From positions 96,001 through 160,000 of the forward strand of contig CAWAWS010000005.1 of NCBI GenBank assembly GCA_963785725.1: a DNA stretch of 64,000 nt, given 5' to 3'. Source of the stretch: an uncultured delta proteobacterium (GTDB lineage: Bacteria; Myxococcota_A; Polyangia; Palsa-1104). A program made the translations under genes and the position numbers. Under the pieces are notes generated by a model. The model was given only the letters and a program-made list of their open reading frames with translations, did no database searches and was not told the origin of the DNA. Shown piece after piece: positions 19,612-29,199 of this stretch (the first letter of the stretch is position 1; each line of letters begins with the position of its first letter).

Positions 19612-20471
19612 CGGCGACGACGCGCGGCGAGCACGAGGAGCGGCAGCAGCAGCAGTATCGTCAGTGACCCGCGCGCCGGCGCGCCGCCCAACGCGCACGC
19701 CGCGCTGGCACCGGTCGGCACGCTCGCTCCCGCCTCTTGCAAGAAGAAGCTCGCCTGCGCGGTGTCGTCGCCGTACGGATTCTGATCATTCGCCGCGGTC
19801 CCAGCGCCGCCGTTGCCGTCGACGGCAGCGACGTAGACCGTGACCGGCCCGGTGCCGGCGGGCGGCGCCGTCCACCACAGGTGCCACGTGGTCGGCCCGT
19901 TGCGCACCACGAGCCGCGCGGTGTTGGCATCGAGCTGGCGATTGCCGAAGATGGCGTCGCCGTCCGGCGCGACCAAGGCCTCGTCGTTCGTCTGATCGGG
20001 CGCGGGGCAGACACCGGCGACCGGCGCCGCGGCGCAGAAGCCCTTCGTCAGCGGCGCGCCCGCGGCGTCCACCTCCAAGCCGAAGTTGTTGTTGTTGCAC
20101 TGCACGTAGCCGCTCGACGTGCCGGGCGGATCGGTGCAGGTGGGGCTGTTGTATTGCGTGCCCTTGGTCTCGTTCTTCAGCTGCACCTCGAGCTCGTACG
20201 TCTGCCCCGGCACGTAACCGCTCTGAAAGAGCGCCGGCTGATCGGCGGCCAGCTCGAGCCCGAGCGCGCGCGGCCCGTCGGTGTGGCAGCTGTTGCACGT
20301 CAGCGACGCGAAGCGCGGCGCGCCGGTGAAGTAGATGCCCTCGCCGCTCGCGCCGTAAGTCGCGCCGTGCGGCACCATCGGGTTGGCGAAGAACTGCGTG
20401 GCATCGTCGAAGGCGTGTGCTGCCGTCGGTAAGCCGAGGACGAAGAAGATCGCGATCCACTTAGAGCGCAA
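19578..20471 (-). CDS. Secreted CxxCH + Reeler-like protein with MYXO-CTERM-type anchor
   Basis: Signal peptide, TCNSCH, WWTAPPAGTGPVTVYVAAVDGNG, C-terminal ACALGG...LLLLPLLVLAARRRR. Confidence 0.7.
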   Translation of the reverse strand: MRSKWIAIFFVLGLPTAAHAFDDATQFFANPMVPHGATYGASGEGIYFTGAPRFASLTCNSCHTDGPRALGLELAADQPALFQSGYVPGQTYELEVQLKNETKGTQYNSPTCTDPPGTSSGYVQCNNNNFGLEVDAAGAPLTKGFCAAAPVAGVCPAPDQTNDEALVAPDGDAIFGNRQLDANTARLVVRNGPTTWHLWWTAPPAGTGPVTVYVAAVDGNGGAGTAANDQNPYGDDTAQASFFLQEAGASVPTGASAACALGGAPARGSLTILLLLPLLVLAARRRRHARRSSGDTP

Positions 20472-21782
20472 AGCCCACCTCCAGCGCGCCACCGAGCCAG
20501 TCATCGCCGGCCGAATGCGCAAAGCGCGTGCCGGCGCCGGCGAACGAGAGGCCGACGTGATCGTAGCCGCCGCTCAGCCGCAGCCACAGCCACGAGGTCA
20601 GCCACGACGTCGCCGACGCCGACGCCGACACGCCCCACGCCGACGCGGCGCCATATTGTGTCGTCGACGCGATGGCGCCGTCGTAAAGCACGCCGAGATA
20701 GCCGCCTCGCAGCGCCAGCACGGCATAGCGGCCGACGAGCGCGCGCTCCATCCGAGGCCGGCGGCGATGGCGTCGTAGCGGACATCGGGGACGCCGACGT
20801 CGACGGGCGCGGCGTGGCTCCAGCTCATGCGCTGCCAGCCGGTGTCGACGGTCAGCGTGCCGCCGGCGGATTCGTGACCGAGCGGGATGCGGCCGACGAG
20901 CAGCACGTTCCAGCGCGAGGCGCTGCCGGTCGACTTGCCAACCGCCGACGTCGACGTGAAGCCGAAGATGGACTCGTACAATCCCGAGAGGCCGAACGAC
21001 GCCAACACCGGATGGTCCTCGGCGAGCTCCGACGACAGCGCCAGCGGGAATACGGCGCCTTCGACGCGGATGCCGGCCACCGTGCCGCCGGCGTAGCGCG
21101 GCGCCGAGGCGACGTCGAAGCCGAGCCGGCGCGTCAAGAGCGACGGGCCGACGCCGCCGAACACGCCGGCCACCGCGCGCTTGGCCGCCGCCTGCTTGGC
21201 GATGCTGGTGTCACCGGCGACCGCGGGCGACACGTCTTCGACCGACGATGGCGCCGGCGACGACGACGCGCTCACGTCGGGCGGCGACTCGGCCGCGACC
21301 TCCGCCGGCGGCCGCGCGCGACCCATCGGCACGACGCGCTCGAGCGCGCGCACGAGGTCGGCCGCCACGCGCTCGCGAATGAGCGGCAGCGTGCGCCCGC
21401 CGAGCTCGTAACGTCCGCGCGCGATGACGCGGCCGCTCGAGCCTTCGCGCACGGCGACCAAGAGCAGCCGCTGGCGCCCCTGACCGACGACGGTGCCGCC
21501 GATGATGGCGTCGATGTGCAGCCTGAGCGCGACGGCGCGCACGTCTTCCGGCGAGGCGCCGCGCCGGCCCAACTGCTCGGCGACGCGGCGATAGTCGGCG
21601 CCCGGCACCAGCTCATACAGCTCGGTCAGCTCGGCTTCGAGCGCGCTCGAGAAGCGGCCGCCGTCGGGACCGCTGACGCCGAGCAGCGTCACCGTCTTGG
21701 CGGCGGCATCGACGCGCGCGCTCGCGGCCAGCGTCGCCGCCACGGCCAGCGCCGGCAGTAGTCGGCGGCTAATAAATGACAT
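20461..21782 (-). CDS. Secreted protein with probable C-terminal outer-membrane beta-barrel (frameshift near 20750)
   Basis: ORFs 20598..21812 and 20461..20751 join into one protein. Alternating amphipathic strands ending GGALEVGFAL. Confidence 0.6.
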
Positions 21783-22854
21783 TGATGCCCGCTTCGATGT
21801 TGGCGCCGTCACGCGACGTCAAGAGCGCGAAGTCGAGGTACTTGAAATGGAAGTAGTCGACCTTGGCCTCGAGCTCGAGCGCGCGATGCACCCACGGCAG
21901 CCGCCACGACACCTTGGCGCCGACCAAGTTGGACCAAAAGGTCGACAGCTCGCGATCGGCGGTGACGAAGTTGCCGAAGCTCTCGGTCGTGTAGTGCGTC
22001 TGAAAGAAGCTGGCGCCCTTTTGAAAATAGAAGCGCTCGCGCAGCCGCAGGGTCACGTCGCCGAACGTGACGAAGTAGCGCAGCTGCATCGTCTGCGCCT
22101 GCACGCCCCAGTTGTCGGAGTAGAAGCGATAGTCCGCCTGCAACGCGGTATCGGTGAACAGGTGGCGATTGAGCGCGAGCACGACGGCGTGGCGATAGCG
22201 ATCGTTGGGATCGCTCTCCGGCACCTTGAACGCGATGCTGCTCGCGCCATTCGCCTCCGGATCTTCGATGCGCACGAAGCGATACGGGCTCGCTTGATAG
22301 CCGTCGTTGTACGCGAACGAATAGGACAGCTGCGCGATGGTGCGCCGGTCGATCACTTGGCTCCACGACGCCGAGACGCCGTTGACGAGGAGCGAGCGGT
22401 GAAAGAGCTGATCGCCGGTGCGTCCGACGCTGTTGGCGGACACCGAGTAGCCGACCGACAGCGTCGAGTTGCGCTCGAACAGGTCCTGCGCCAGCCCGAA
22501 GTCGACGTTGTGCGAGCGATAGTCGTTCTCGACCGAGTAGACGTAGCTCCCGGTGAGCGTCGTCGCGTGGAACTTCTGCGTCAGGCCGGCGGAGATCTCG
22601 CTGCGAAAGTCGGTCATGCGCTTGGTGGCGTTGCTGATGACGTCGACCGACGCCGAGCTGACGATGTCGGCGACGTAGCTGGCGGAGACGGTGCCGCCTT
22701 GCCAGGCGTCGCGCGAGATGGCCGTCAGCGGCGACACGACCGTCGTGCGATCGCTGTCGGTGTACACCTGCGTCTTGACCGTGAAGCTATCGTCGGCGTG
22801 AGCGGCGGCCGGCAGCGCCAGCGCCAAGGCGAGGACGGCGAATCTCAATTGCAT
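21769..22854 (-). CDS. DUF3570-family outer-membrane beta-barrel protein (copy 2)
   Basis: YTDSD, DIVSSASVD, ENDYRS, GYQASPYR, YSDNWGV, TADRELS, C-terminal INVIY. Confidence 0.85.
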   Translation of the reverse strand: MQLRFAVLALALALPAAAHADDSFTVKTQVYTDSDRTTVVSPLTAISRDAWQGGTVSASYVADIVSSASVDVISNATKRMTDFRSEISAGLTQKFHATTLTGSYVYSVENDYRSHNVDFGLAQDLFERNSTLSVGYSVSANSVGRTGDQLFHRSLLVNGVSASWSQVIDRRTIAQLSYSFAYNDGYQASPYRFVRIEDPEANGASSIAFKVPESDPNDRYRHAVVLALNRHLFTDTALQADYRFYSDNWGVQAQTMQLRYFVTFGDVTLRLRERFYFQKGASFFQTHYTTESFGNFVTADRELSTFWSNLVGAKVSWRLPWVHRALELEAKVDYFHFKYLDFALLTSRDGANIEAGINVIY

Positions 22855-23057
22855 CCGCAGCCGCCTCCAGCCGAGCCATAGCCGCCGACGGCACCTTCGC
22901 GCGCCTCGAGCATGTGCAGATCGAGGACGTCTTCGTGCGGGTCGGGCTGGAACGTCATCGTCGGCTTGGCCAAGAGCTCGCGCTCGTAAGGCTTGACGCG
23001 AACACAACCGGCGGCGCCCGAGAGCGCCAGAGCGAGAATTACGAAGCGCATCGTCAT
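22845..23057 (-). CDS. DUF4266-family small lipoprotein (copy 2)
   Basis: AAGC-VRVKPYERELLA...AREGAVGGYGSAGGGCGCN. Confidence 0.9.
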   Translation of the reverse strand: MTMRFVILALALSGAAGCVRVKPYERELLAKPTMTFQPDPHEDVLDLHMLEAREGAVGGYGSAGGGCGCN

Positions 23058-23620
23058 CGCGGCGTCAGCCCCATCATCGTGAAGACCGTCTGGCAGCTCG
23101 CGTCGACGGGGCTCGACTGCTTGGCGCCGCCGATCCACGCCACGAGCGCTTGCCAATCGGCGTCGTCGGTCAGCGTCGTCGCCGGATAGACCGGGAAGAT
23201 GCCGACGCCGTGATGCTCGGCGCCGCCGAAGCTGGCCTTGAGCGGCTTACCGAGCAGCGGAATGTGCTGCAGGTCGGGCTGCATGCGCTCGGCGGCGGTC
23301 GCGGCATAAAGCAGCCCGGAGACCGACTCGAAGTTGAGCTCGACCTCGGAGTCGGTCAGGCGCGCGTCGCGTCCATCGCGCGTGCCGTCGTCGGTCTGGC
23401 GCAGCTTGCCGGGCGAGTACAGCCGCAGCGCGTGGTCGGCGTTGCCGTGGCACGCGAGGTACGAGCAGCGCCGAATCAGCACCGGCTCGACCGTGCAGAC
23501 GAACTGGTTGTAGTCGAGGAAGGCGTCGGGCGAGCCGGTGGTCTGCAATCCTTGCGTGTGGTCGAGGCCGGGGCAGCCGGCGACCGTAGCCACGACGATG
23601 ACGGCGAACAGGCGATTCAC
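23054..23620 (-). CDS. Lipoprotein with CX4CH putative heme-binding motif
   Basis: VAGC lipobox; F...VEPVLIRRCSYLACHG, LLGKPL...HHG, LVAWI. Confidence 0.7.
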   Translation of the reverse strand: MNRLFAVIVVATVAGCPGLDHTQGLQTTGSPDAFLDYNQFVCTVEPVLIRRCSYLACHGNADHALRLYSPGKLRQTDDGTRDGRDARLTDSEVELNFESVSGLLYAATAAERMQPDLQHIPLLGKPLKASFGGAEHHGVGIFPVYPATTLTDDADWQALVAWIGGAKQSSPVDASCQTVFTMMGLTPR

Positions 23621-23673
23621 GCGGAGTGACGCGCAGCGCGGTAAATGGCGGCGGAAAGCACGGCGCGCCTGTC

Positions 23674-23689
23674 AGCAAACGGAGTGCCA
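23674..23689 (-). promoter_or_regulatory. Sigma54 -24/-12 promoter
   Basis: Minus strand TGGCACTCCGTTTGCT, upstream of the 23620-to-19578 operon. Confidence 0.75.
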
Positions 23690-23910
23690 GCGACTGAGGC
23701 GCGCGACAGCAGTTTGCAGTGCGCAACGATCGTACAGCGCGCCGCCGTCGCGGGACCTATCAGTCTGATCCGGCTCGGTCGCGGTCGTACGCGACCCTCC
23801 CTCTTGGCTCGCTTGCGAGTGGGACTGCAAACCGGTTCGCACGCAGGCGGGAGCGCAGTCGCCGGGTCATTTCGCGTCGCCGCGGCTCGCGTCCGGCGCC
23901 GAGTTGCGCG

Positions 23911-23926
23911 TGGCACCGCGCTTGCT
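23911..23926 (+). promoter_or_regulatory. Sigma54 -24/-12 promoter
   Basis: TGGCACCGCGCTTGCT, 13 bp before the Rieske ATG at 23940. Confidence 0.75.
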
Positions 23927-23939
23927 CGGTCGGCGAACC

Positions 23940-24698
23940 ATGCGCGATGACTCGAAATGCGCCACTTGCCTCGATCGGCGCGCCTTTGTCGCGGCCGCCG
24001 GCGTCGGGGCGCTGGCGCTGGCGCTTCCCGGCTGCGAAGCGCCGACGACCGCGGGACGCATTTCCGAAGGCCCCATCGATCCGACCACGGGCGGAACCGG
24101 CGGCAACGGCAACGGCGGCGGAGACACCGCCGGTGGCGGCGGCAGCGCCGGCGGTGAAGCGGGCGGCGGCGGCAGCGCCGGTGGCGGCGGAACCGCGGGC
24201 GGTGGCGGCGAAGCGGGCGGCGGCGGAACTGCGGGCGGCGGCGGAACTGCCGGTGGCGGTGGAACCGCCGGCGGCGGCGGAAGCGCGGGCGGCGGCGGAG
24301 CCGCGGGCGGCGGCGGAACTGCCGGTGGCGGCGGCAGCGCGCCCACTTGCACGCCGGGCACGCTCGCCGCGGGCGCCGCGTCGAGCTACACCGTGGGCAC
24401 GGCCAAGAGCTTCAGCAACGCCATCAGCTCCGGCGGCCAAAAGTACACGATCTTCGTCGCCAAGGACGCCAACGGCTTTTACGCGATGGACTCGGACTGC
24501 ACGCACGCCGGCTGCCCGGTCGCGTCGCAAGGCACCACGTACTACTGCAACTGCCACGGCGCCACCTTCGACGCCAACGGCAAGCACACCGGCGGCCCGG
24601 GCAGCGGTTATTTGCAGCATTACACCGTCTGCGTCGACGCCAGCGGCAACGTCACCGTCGACATCGACAGTCAGGCGACGCCGACGCAGCGCTTCTGA
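23940..24698 (+). CDS. Tat-exported Rieske [2Fe-2S] lipoprotein with Gly-rich linker
   Basis: DRRAF twin-Arg motif, LPGC lipobox, CTHAGC and CNCHGATF. Confidence 0.9.
   Translation: MRDDSKCATCLDRRAFVAAAGVGALALALPGCEAPTTAGRISEGPIDPTTGGTGGNGNGGGDTAGGGGSAGGEAGGGGSAGGGGTAGGGGEAGGGGTAGGGGTAGGGGTAGGGGSAGGGGAAGGGGTAGGGGSAPTCTPGTLAAGAASSYTVGTAKSFSNAISSGGQKYTIFVAKDANGFYAMDSDCTHAGCPVASQGTTYYCNCHGATFDANGKHTGGPGSGYLQHYTVCVDASGNVTVDIDSQATPTQRF
24090..24340 (+). repeat. Intragenic 18-bp tandem repeat encoding GGGG(S/T/E)A
   Basis: About 12 degenerate units. A similar tract lies at about 57865-57960 in the ricin gene. Confidence 0.85.
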
Positions 24699-24707
24699 CC
24701 GGGCGCC

Positions 24708-24953
24708 CTATTCGACCCGCGTGTGCGTGGCGTCCCAGACGATCTGCAGGCCGGCGAACTTGCGCAGCCGATCGCGCACGCTCACTTTGCCTTCGATGAT
24801 CTCGTCGGCGAGATCGGGCGCGAGGAACGACGGCGGATCCTGCCGCAGCGCCAGCTCGTCGGCGCGCGTGAGATAGAGCGCGATCGGCGCTTGGCGGTGG
24901 GTTCCGATATACGCGTCCTTGAGCGCCCGCACGCGCCTCTCGAATTCCGTCAT
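24708..24953 (-). CDS. Small hypothetical protein
   Basis: MTEFERRVRALKDAY...VWDATHTRVE, with high-GC3 codon usage. Confidence 0.55.
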   Translation of the reverse strand: MTEFERRVRALKDAYIGTHRQAPIALYLTRADELALRQDPPSFLAPDLADEIIEGKVSVRDRLRKFAGLQIVWDATHTRVE

Positions 24954-25355
24954 CTCGCGTCCGCGTCCAAGCGCCAAGAGCGGAGCAAGCGCCATTCCCA
25001 GCCCGAGAGCGCGGCAGACCGGGCAGCCGCAGCGGCCAGCTGCGCAACGTTCGAACAGAGCGCGCAACGATCGTACAATTCGACGACGACCCGCATGTCT
25101 GACCCGCGGCGGCTTTGGCGACGGTCCGCGCAACTCCAGTAGCGTCTCTTTCGGCGGCCTCGCGAGCGTCTGCACGCGGCACGAAGCGGGAGGCCGCTTG
25201 GACGAGGCAACGTTGGAGTGCGCCGGTCAACAGCCCGCCGACGAGATCGAGCGCTCGCCGGCGACAGTTGACGCGAATCGACGACCGCGCGACCGATCAA
25301 ATAGCGACGATTAACGGTGCCGCGTTCACCACTGCCAATCACACTGTCAGAGCCC

Positions 25356-25562
25356 ATGATGAAGCTCGCACTCCTTGTCACTTTCGTCTCCACCACCGTC
25401 GGTTGCGCCACCGTCAAACCTTGGCAGCGCGAGAGCCTGGCGCAGCCGGGCATGAGCCTCGACGCCACGCCCAGCGCCGCCGCCGAGCAGCACATGCTCG
25501 AGTCGCGCGAGGCGTCCGTCGGCGGCTTCGGCGGCGCCGGCGGCGGTTGCGGCTGTAACTGA
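25356..25562 (+). CDS. DUF4266-family small lipoprotein (copy 3)
   Basis: TVGC-ATVKPWQRESLA...SREASVGGFGGAGGGCGCN. Confidence 0.9.
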   Translation: MMKLALLVTFVSTTVGCATVKPWQRESLAQPGMSLDATPSAAAEQHMLESREASVGGFGGAGGGCGCN

Positions 25563-25563
25563 G

Positions 25564-25745
25564 AACCCCAGGCTTCGCCTCGATTGAGCAGGCGAGGGCG
25601 AGGCGTGTGAGTCGGATCGTGGATGCGACCACAGCGACCGACCGAGGAATACTGTCCGTATTTCGACCGAGGGAGCGCGGACGTAGTCCGCGAGGCGGCC
25701 GCACGCATCGTCCGTAGCGGATCGATCGAGGCGAACCCTGGGGTT
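25564..25745. mobile_element. MITE/REP-like 182-bp element with 21-bp terminal inverted repeats
   Basis: AACCCCAGGCTTCGCCTCGAT (25564-25584) pairs with ATCGAGGCGAACCCTGGGGTT (25725-25745), 20/21 match. Internal GAATAC/GTATTT hairpin; no transposase. Confidence 0.6.
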
Positions 25746-26976
25746 AGAAGCGCCCGGTGGCCGACAGCGCCAGCACGAGCGCGCTGGCGAAGCCGCGGGT
25801 GCGCGCGGCGTTGGGCGGCTCGGGCGAGAGCGCGAAGATCTTGACGTAGTCGGCGCCGAGGCTCCATTCGACCTCGGTGAACATGCGCCAACGCCGCTTG
25901 TCCGGCGAAAAGCGGCTGTCGTGGACGAAGCGCGCGCCGAGGAGCAGGTCGGCGATCGGCGCCAGCTCCTGGTCGGCCGTGAAATAGCGGCCCACCGGCC
26001 CGGCGCGCTCGTAGGAGTCGGCCCAGCCGACGTCGCGGTAGAAGCTGGCGCTCGACTGCACGTAGCCGCGAGCGCGCGCCACGTAGCGCCACGCGGGCGC
26101 GCTCAGCTTGAGCGGCTGCTCCCAGCTGACCTCGCCGGTGATCGCTTGGACGCCCCAGGTGTCGCGATAGAGCCGCAGGTTGCCGCCGAGCGTCGCCCGG
26201 AGCGACGGCAAGGCGTAGCGGACGCGGGCGGTGACGGCGCCGCGGTCGCGCAGCCGCGGATGCGACTCTTGCGCCTGCATGAAGCCGTCGTCGAGACGCA
26301 CGCGGCGGTAAGGGCTCGACTGAAAGCCGTCCGCGTGCTGCCACGTGCCGCTGAGGCCGCCGAGCAGATGCGCCGTCAGCGACTGCACCACCCCGACTTC
26401 GAGGTCGTCGAGGTCGAGCCGCTCCTCGGTCAGCGCGGCCACGCCGGCGAAGCAGCCACGCGAGCTGTCGAGCGGCTGCCGCAGCGTCAGCGCCACGCCG
26501 GGCTGATTGAGGTCGCAGATGCTGTCGAAGCTGTGGCTGTAATCGACGGTGAGGATGGTGTTGTGCTGCGCGAGGTCGAGCGTGAGCCCGCCGCGGATGA
26601 GGTGCGAGCGATAGTCGCTCTCGGTGCCGTAGCCGTAGCCGGCGCGAAACGTCGCCGGCCCGGCGGTGGCCGCGGCGCCGCCGCCGATGACGTTGCGCAC
26701 CTCCGAGAAGCGGGTCGCGGCGCTGACGACGTCGGGCGAGCCGTACGTGCGCGGCGTGGCGCCGGTGACGATGTCGGCGCTCCAGTTGACGTCGAACAGG
26801 AGCCAAGGCTTCGCGTGGACCTTGCCGGACACGGACGGCGTGATGACCACCAGCGCATCCGACGACGCCGGCTGGACGAAGACGCGCAGATCGGCGTTGG
26901 CCTCGCCCCGCTCTTGCGCGGCCGCGGTCGCGACGACGAGCGTGACGAGCGCAGCGACGACGGCAGCGCGGATCAC
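25744..26976 (-). CDS. DUF3570-family outer-membrane beta-barrel protein (copy 3, divergent)
   Basis: ADIVTGAT, DVVSAAT, ESDYRS, GFQSSPYR, YRDTWGV, TADQELA, C-terminal TGRF. GTGA overlap with the upstream gene. Confidence 0.8.
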   Translation of the reverse strand: MIRAAVVAALVTLVVATAAAQERGEANADLRVFVQPASSDALVVITPSVSGKVHAKPWLLFDVNWSADIVTGATPRTYGSPDVVSAATRFSEVRNVIGGGAAATAGPATFRAGYGYGTESDYRSHLIRGGLTLDLAQHNTILTVDYSHSFDSICDLNQPGVALTLRQPLDSSRGCFAGVAALTEERLDLDDLEVGVVQSLTAHLLGGLSGTWQHADGFQSSPYRRVRLDDGFMQAQESHPRLRDRGAVTARVRYALPSLRATLGGNLRLYRDTWGVQAITGEVSWEQPLKLSAPAWRYVARARGYVQSSASFYRDVGWADSYERAGPVGRYFTADQELAPIADLLLGARFVHDSRFSPDKRRWRMFTEVEWSLGADYVKIFALSPEPPNAARTRGFASALVLALSATGRF

Positions 26977-27398
26977 GGCGTCACCCAATCCTCGATGACG
27001 CTCGCCGCCGTCGCGCGATCGAGGACGACCGGCCCGGGCGGATGCAGGTTCGACTGACCTTCGGGCACCGTCAAGAGGCGACTCGCGAGCGGCTCATCGC
27101 AGCGCACGAGCTGCAGCGCGGACAGATAGTTCTCGCGCCAGCCGAGCGGCCAGGCGGCGAGCGGCGTGCCTGCCGCCGGCGCGGCCTCGGGTGGACGCAG
27201 CCGCAGGTAGCCGTGCCCGTCGTCGAAGGCGTGGCAGCCGCGCGTGCTGCAGCGGTTGGCCTCCAGATAACGCGGCCAGACTTCGCTGACGAAGATATCA
27301 GGGCTGGCCGCGCAGGCGCCCGCGTCCGGCACGGTCCCGGCATCGACCGTGCAGGCTGCGCCAGTCATGAGCGCCAACATCGCCAGACGTCGCCACAT
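26973..27398 (-). CDS. Lipoprotein with CX4CH putative heme-binding motif
   Basis: GAAC lipobox; FVSEVWPRYLEANRCSTRGCHA, RLLTVP...LHP, IEDWV. Confidence 0.7.
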   Translation of the reverse strand: MWRRLAMLALMTGAACTVDAGTVPDAGACAASPDIFVSEVWPRYLEANRCSTRGCHAFDDGHGYLRLRPPEAAPAAGTPLAAWPLGWRENYLSALQLVRCDEPLASRLLTVPEGQSNLHPPGPVVLDRATAASVIEDWVTP

Positions 27399-27446
27399 CG
27401 TCGCAGCCGATCTATGCAGCCGCGCCGGCGTGTCTACAAAGCAGTC

Positions 27447-27950
27447 ATGAGCGAGCGGCGAGCCAGCGTGAGCGTCCGGCCTATTGAGCCGGCGGATCGA
27501 GCCTTTCGCGTGTCGACCAGCGGACGTGGTCACCCGAGCGATTGCACGCGGCGCCTCTTCAACCTGGCCGTGTGCGGCCTCGGCGCCGAGCTCTTGGCCT
27601 GTGGCAGCGCGACGACCGTGCTGACGCCCACCGCCGACCGGGTGACGCTGACCTACGCGCAGTTCCCGGCGCTCGCCCAGGCCGGCGGCAGCGCCGTCGT
27701 CGACGTCGCCGGCGGTTTCCCGCTGGTCGTCGTGCGCACCGGCGACGCCACCGCGGTGGCGCTGAGCGCCACCTGCACGCACGCCGGCTGCATCCTGCGC
27801 TACGAGCCGAGCGCGTCCGACCTTCACTGCGACTGCCACGGCGCCAACTTCAGCCTGGGCGGCGCCGTCTTGCACGGACCGGCGACCATCCCGCTGCCGC
27901 TGTATGCCGCCACGACCGGCGCCGACGCCATCACCGTCGACCTCGCCTGA
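27447..27950 (+). CDS. Tat-exported Rieske [2Fe-2S] (lipo)protein
   Basis: TRRLF motif, LLAC, CTHAGC and CDCHGANF...GPA..PL. Confidence 0.88.
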   Translation: MSERRASVSVRPIEPADRAFRVSTSGRGHPSDCTRRLFNLAVCGLGAELLACGSATTVLTPTADRVTLTYAQFPALAQAGGSAVVDVAGGFPLVVVRTGDATAVALSATCTHAGCILRYEPSASDLHCDCHGANFSLGGAVLHGPATIPLPLYAATTGADAITVDLA

Positions 27951-27966
27951 GCCGGCATCGACGCCG

Positions 27967-29199
27967 CTAGGACGCGTCTTGCAGCAGCTTGAGCAGCTCT
28001 TCGGGACTGACGAAGCGGTCGATCTTGTGCACCTGCTTGCCGTCGGCGCTGACCAGCACCAGCGTCGGTAGCGTCTCCGCGTTCCAGTGCGCTTTGGCCG
28101 CCGCCACCGCCGGATCGTCGTCGTTCGTGCAGTTGACCTTCACCAGCGTGAAGTGACCGAGCGCGCGCGCCACTTCGGTGCGGCTGAACGTCTTGAGCTC
28201 CAGCTCTTTGCACGGCAGACACCAGTCGGCATAGAAGTCGAGCAGCACCGGCTTGTGCAGCGCGCGCGCCAGCTTGAGCCCTTCGTCCTCGCCGTGCACC
28301 CAGGTCAGCACCGGCGCGCCCGCTTCCAGCTTGGGCGCCAAGATGCCGCCGATGACGCCGAACAGGCCGACCACCACGACGCCGACCGAGAGCGCCTTGC
28401 GCAGCTTGACCACCGTCGTGTCGTGAAACGACAGATGCACCGCGCCGAGCGCCAGGCCGGCCGCCGCCACCGCGCCGCAGCCGACGAGCCACAGCGTCGA
28501 CGGGCGGCCGATGGCGCGCAAGGGCGCGATCACGTTGCGCAGGAAGTACAGCGCGCCCACGAGCATGACGATGCCGAAGACGCTCTTGACCGCCTCCATC
28601 CACGCGCCCGACTTGGGCAGCGCGACGGCGAAAGCGGCGATGGCGAAGAAGAGCACGCCCATGCCGAGCGCGTAGGTGACGAGCAGCGAGCCGCCGAGCA
28701 GCACCGACTTCGTCGTCGCCACGAACGCCAAGATCGAGGCCAACACCGGGCCGGTGCAAGGCGCGGCGATGATGCCGCCGACGAGGCCCATCGCGAAGGC
28801 GCCGAAGAAGCCCTTGCCGCCGACCGAGGTCAGCTTCTGCTGCAGCTCCGACGGCAGGCTGAGCTCGAAGGCGCCGAACATCGACACCGCCATGATGACG
28901 AAGAGGGTCGCGATCGGCACCATGACCCACGGGTTGGCCATGAACGTGCCGAACGCCTTGCCGGCCAGCGCCGAGCCGACGCCGAGCGCCGCGTACATGA
29001 CGCCGATGCCGCCCACGTACAGCGACGCCAGCGCCATGGCGCGGCGGCGCGGCACGTCGTCGCCGCGCGCGCCGAAGAGCGACACCGTGATCGGGATGAG
29101 CGGATACACGCACGGCGTCAGCGACGTCAGAAAGCCGCCGACGAAGACGCTCGCGTAGGCCCACAGCCAGCCGTGCGCGAACAGCGCGCCGCCGTTCAC
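27967..29199 (-). CDS. dsbD: DsbD/CcdA-type transmembrane electron transporter with C-terminal thioredoxin domain
   Basis: LTPCVYPLIP, APCTGP, LPKSGAWM, DFYADWCLPC. No N-terminal alpha domain. Confidence 0.88.
   Translation of the reverse strand: MNGGALFAHGWLWAYASVFVGGFLTSLTPCVYPLIPITVSLFGARGDDVPRRRAMALASLYVGGIGVMYAALGVGSALAGKAFGTFMANPWVMVPIATLFVIMAVSMFGAFELSLPSELQQKLTSVGGKGFFGAFAMGLVGGIIAAPCTGPVLASILAFVATTKSVLLGGSLLVTYALGMGVLFFAIAAFAVALPKSGAWMEAVKSVFGIVMLVGALYFLRNVIAPLRAIGRPSTLWLVGCGAVAAAGLALGAVHLSFHDTTVVKLRKALSVGVVVVGLFGVIGGILAPKLEAGAPVLTWVHGEDEGLKLARALHKPVLLDFYADWCLPCKELELKTFSRTEVARALGHFTLVKVNCTNDDDPAVAAAKAHWNAETLPTLVLVSADGKQVHKIDRFVSPEELLKLLQDAS

Noticed and set aside
24090..24340. Regular tandem repeat as a possible CRISPR array
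   Set aside because: No unique spacers; it encodes an in-frame Gly-rich linker, and there are no cas genes.
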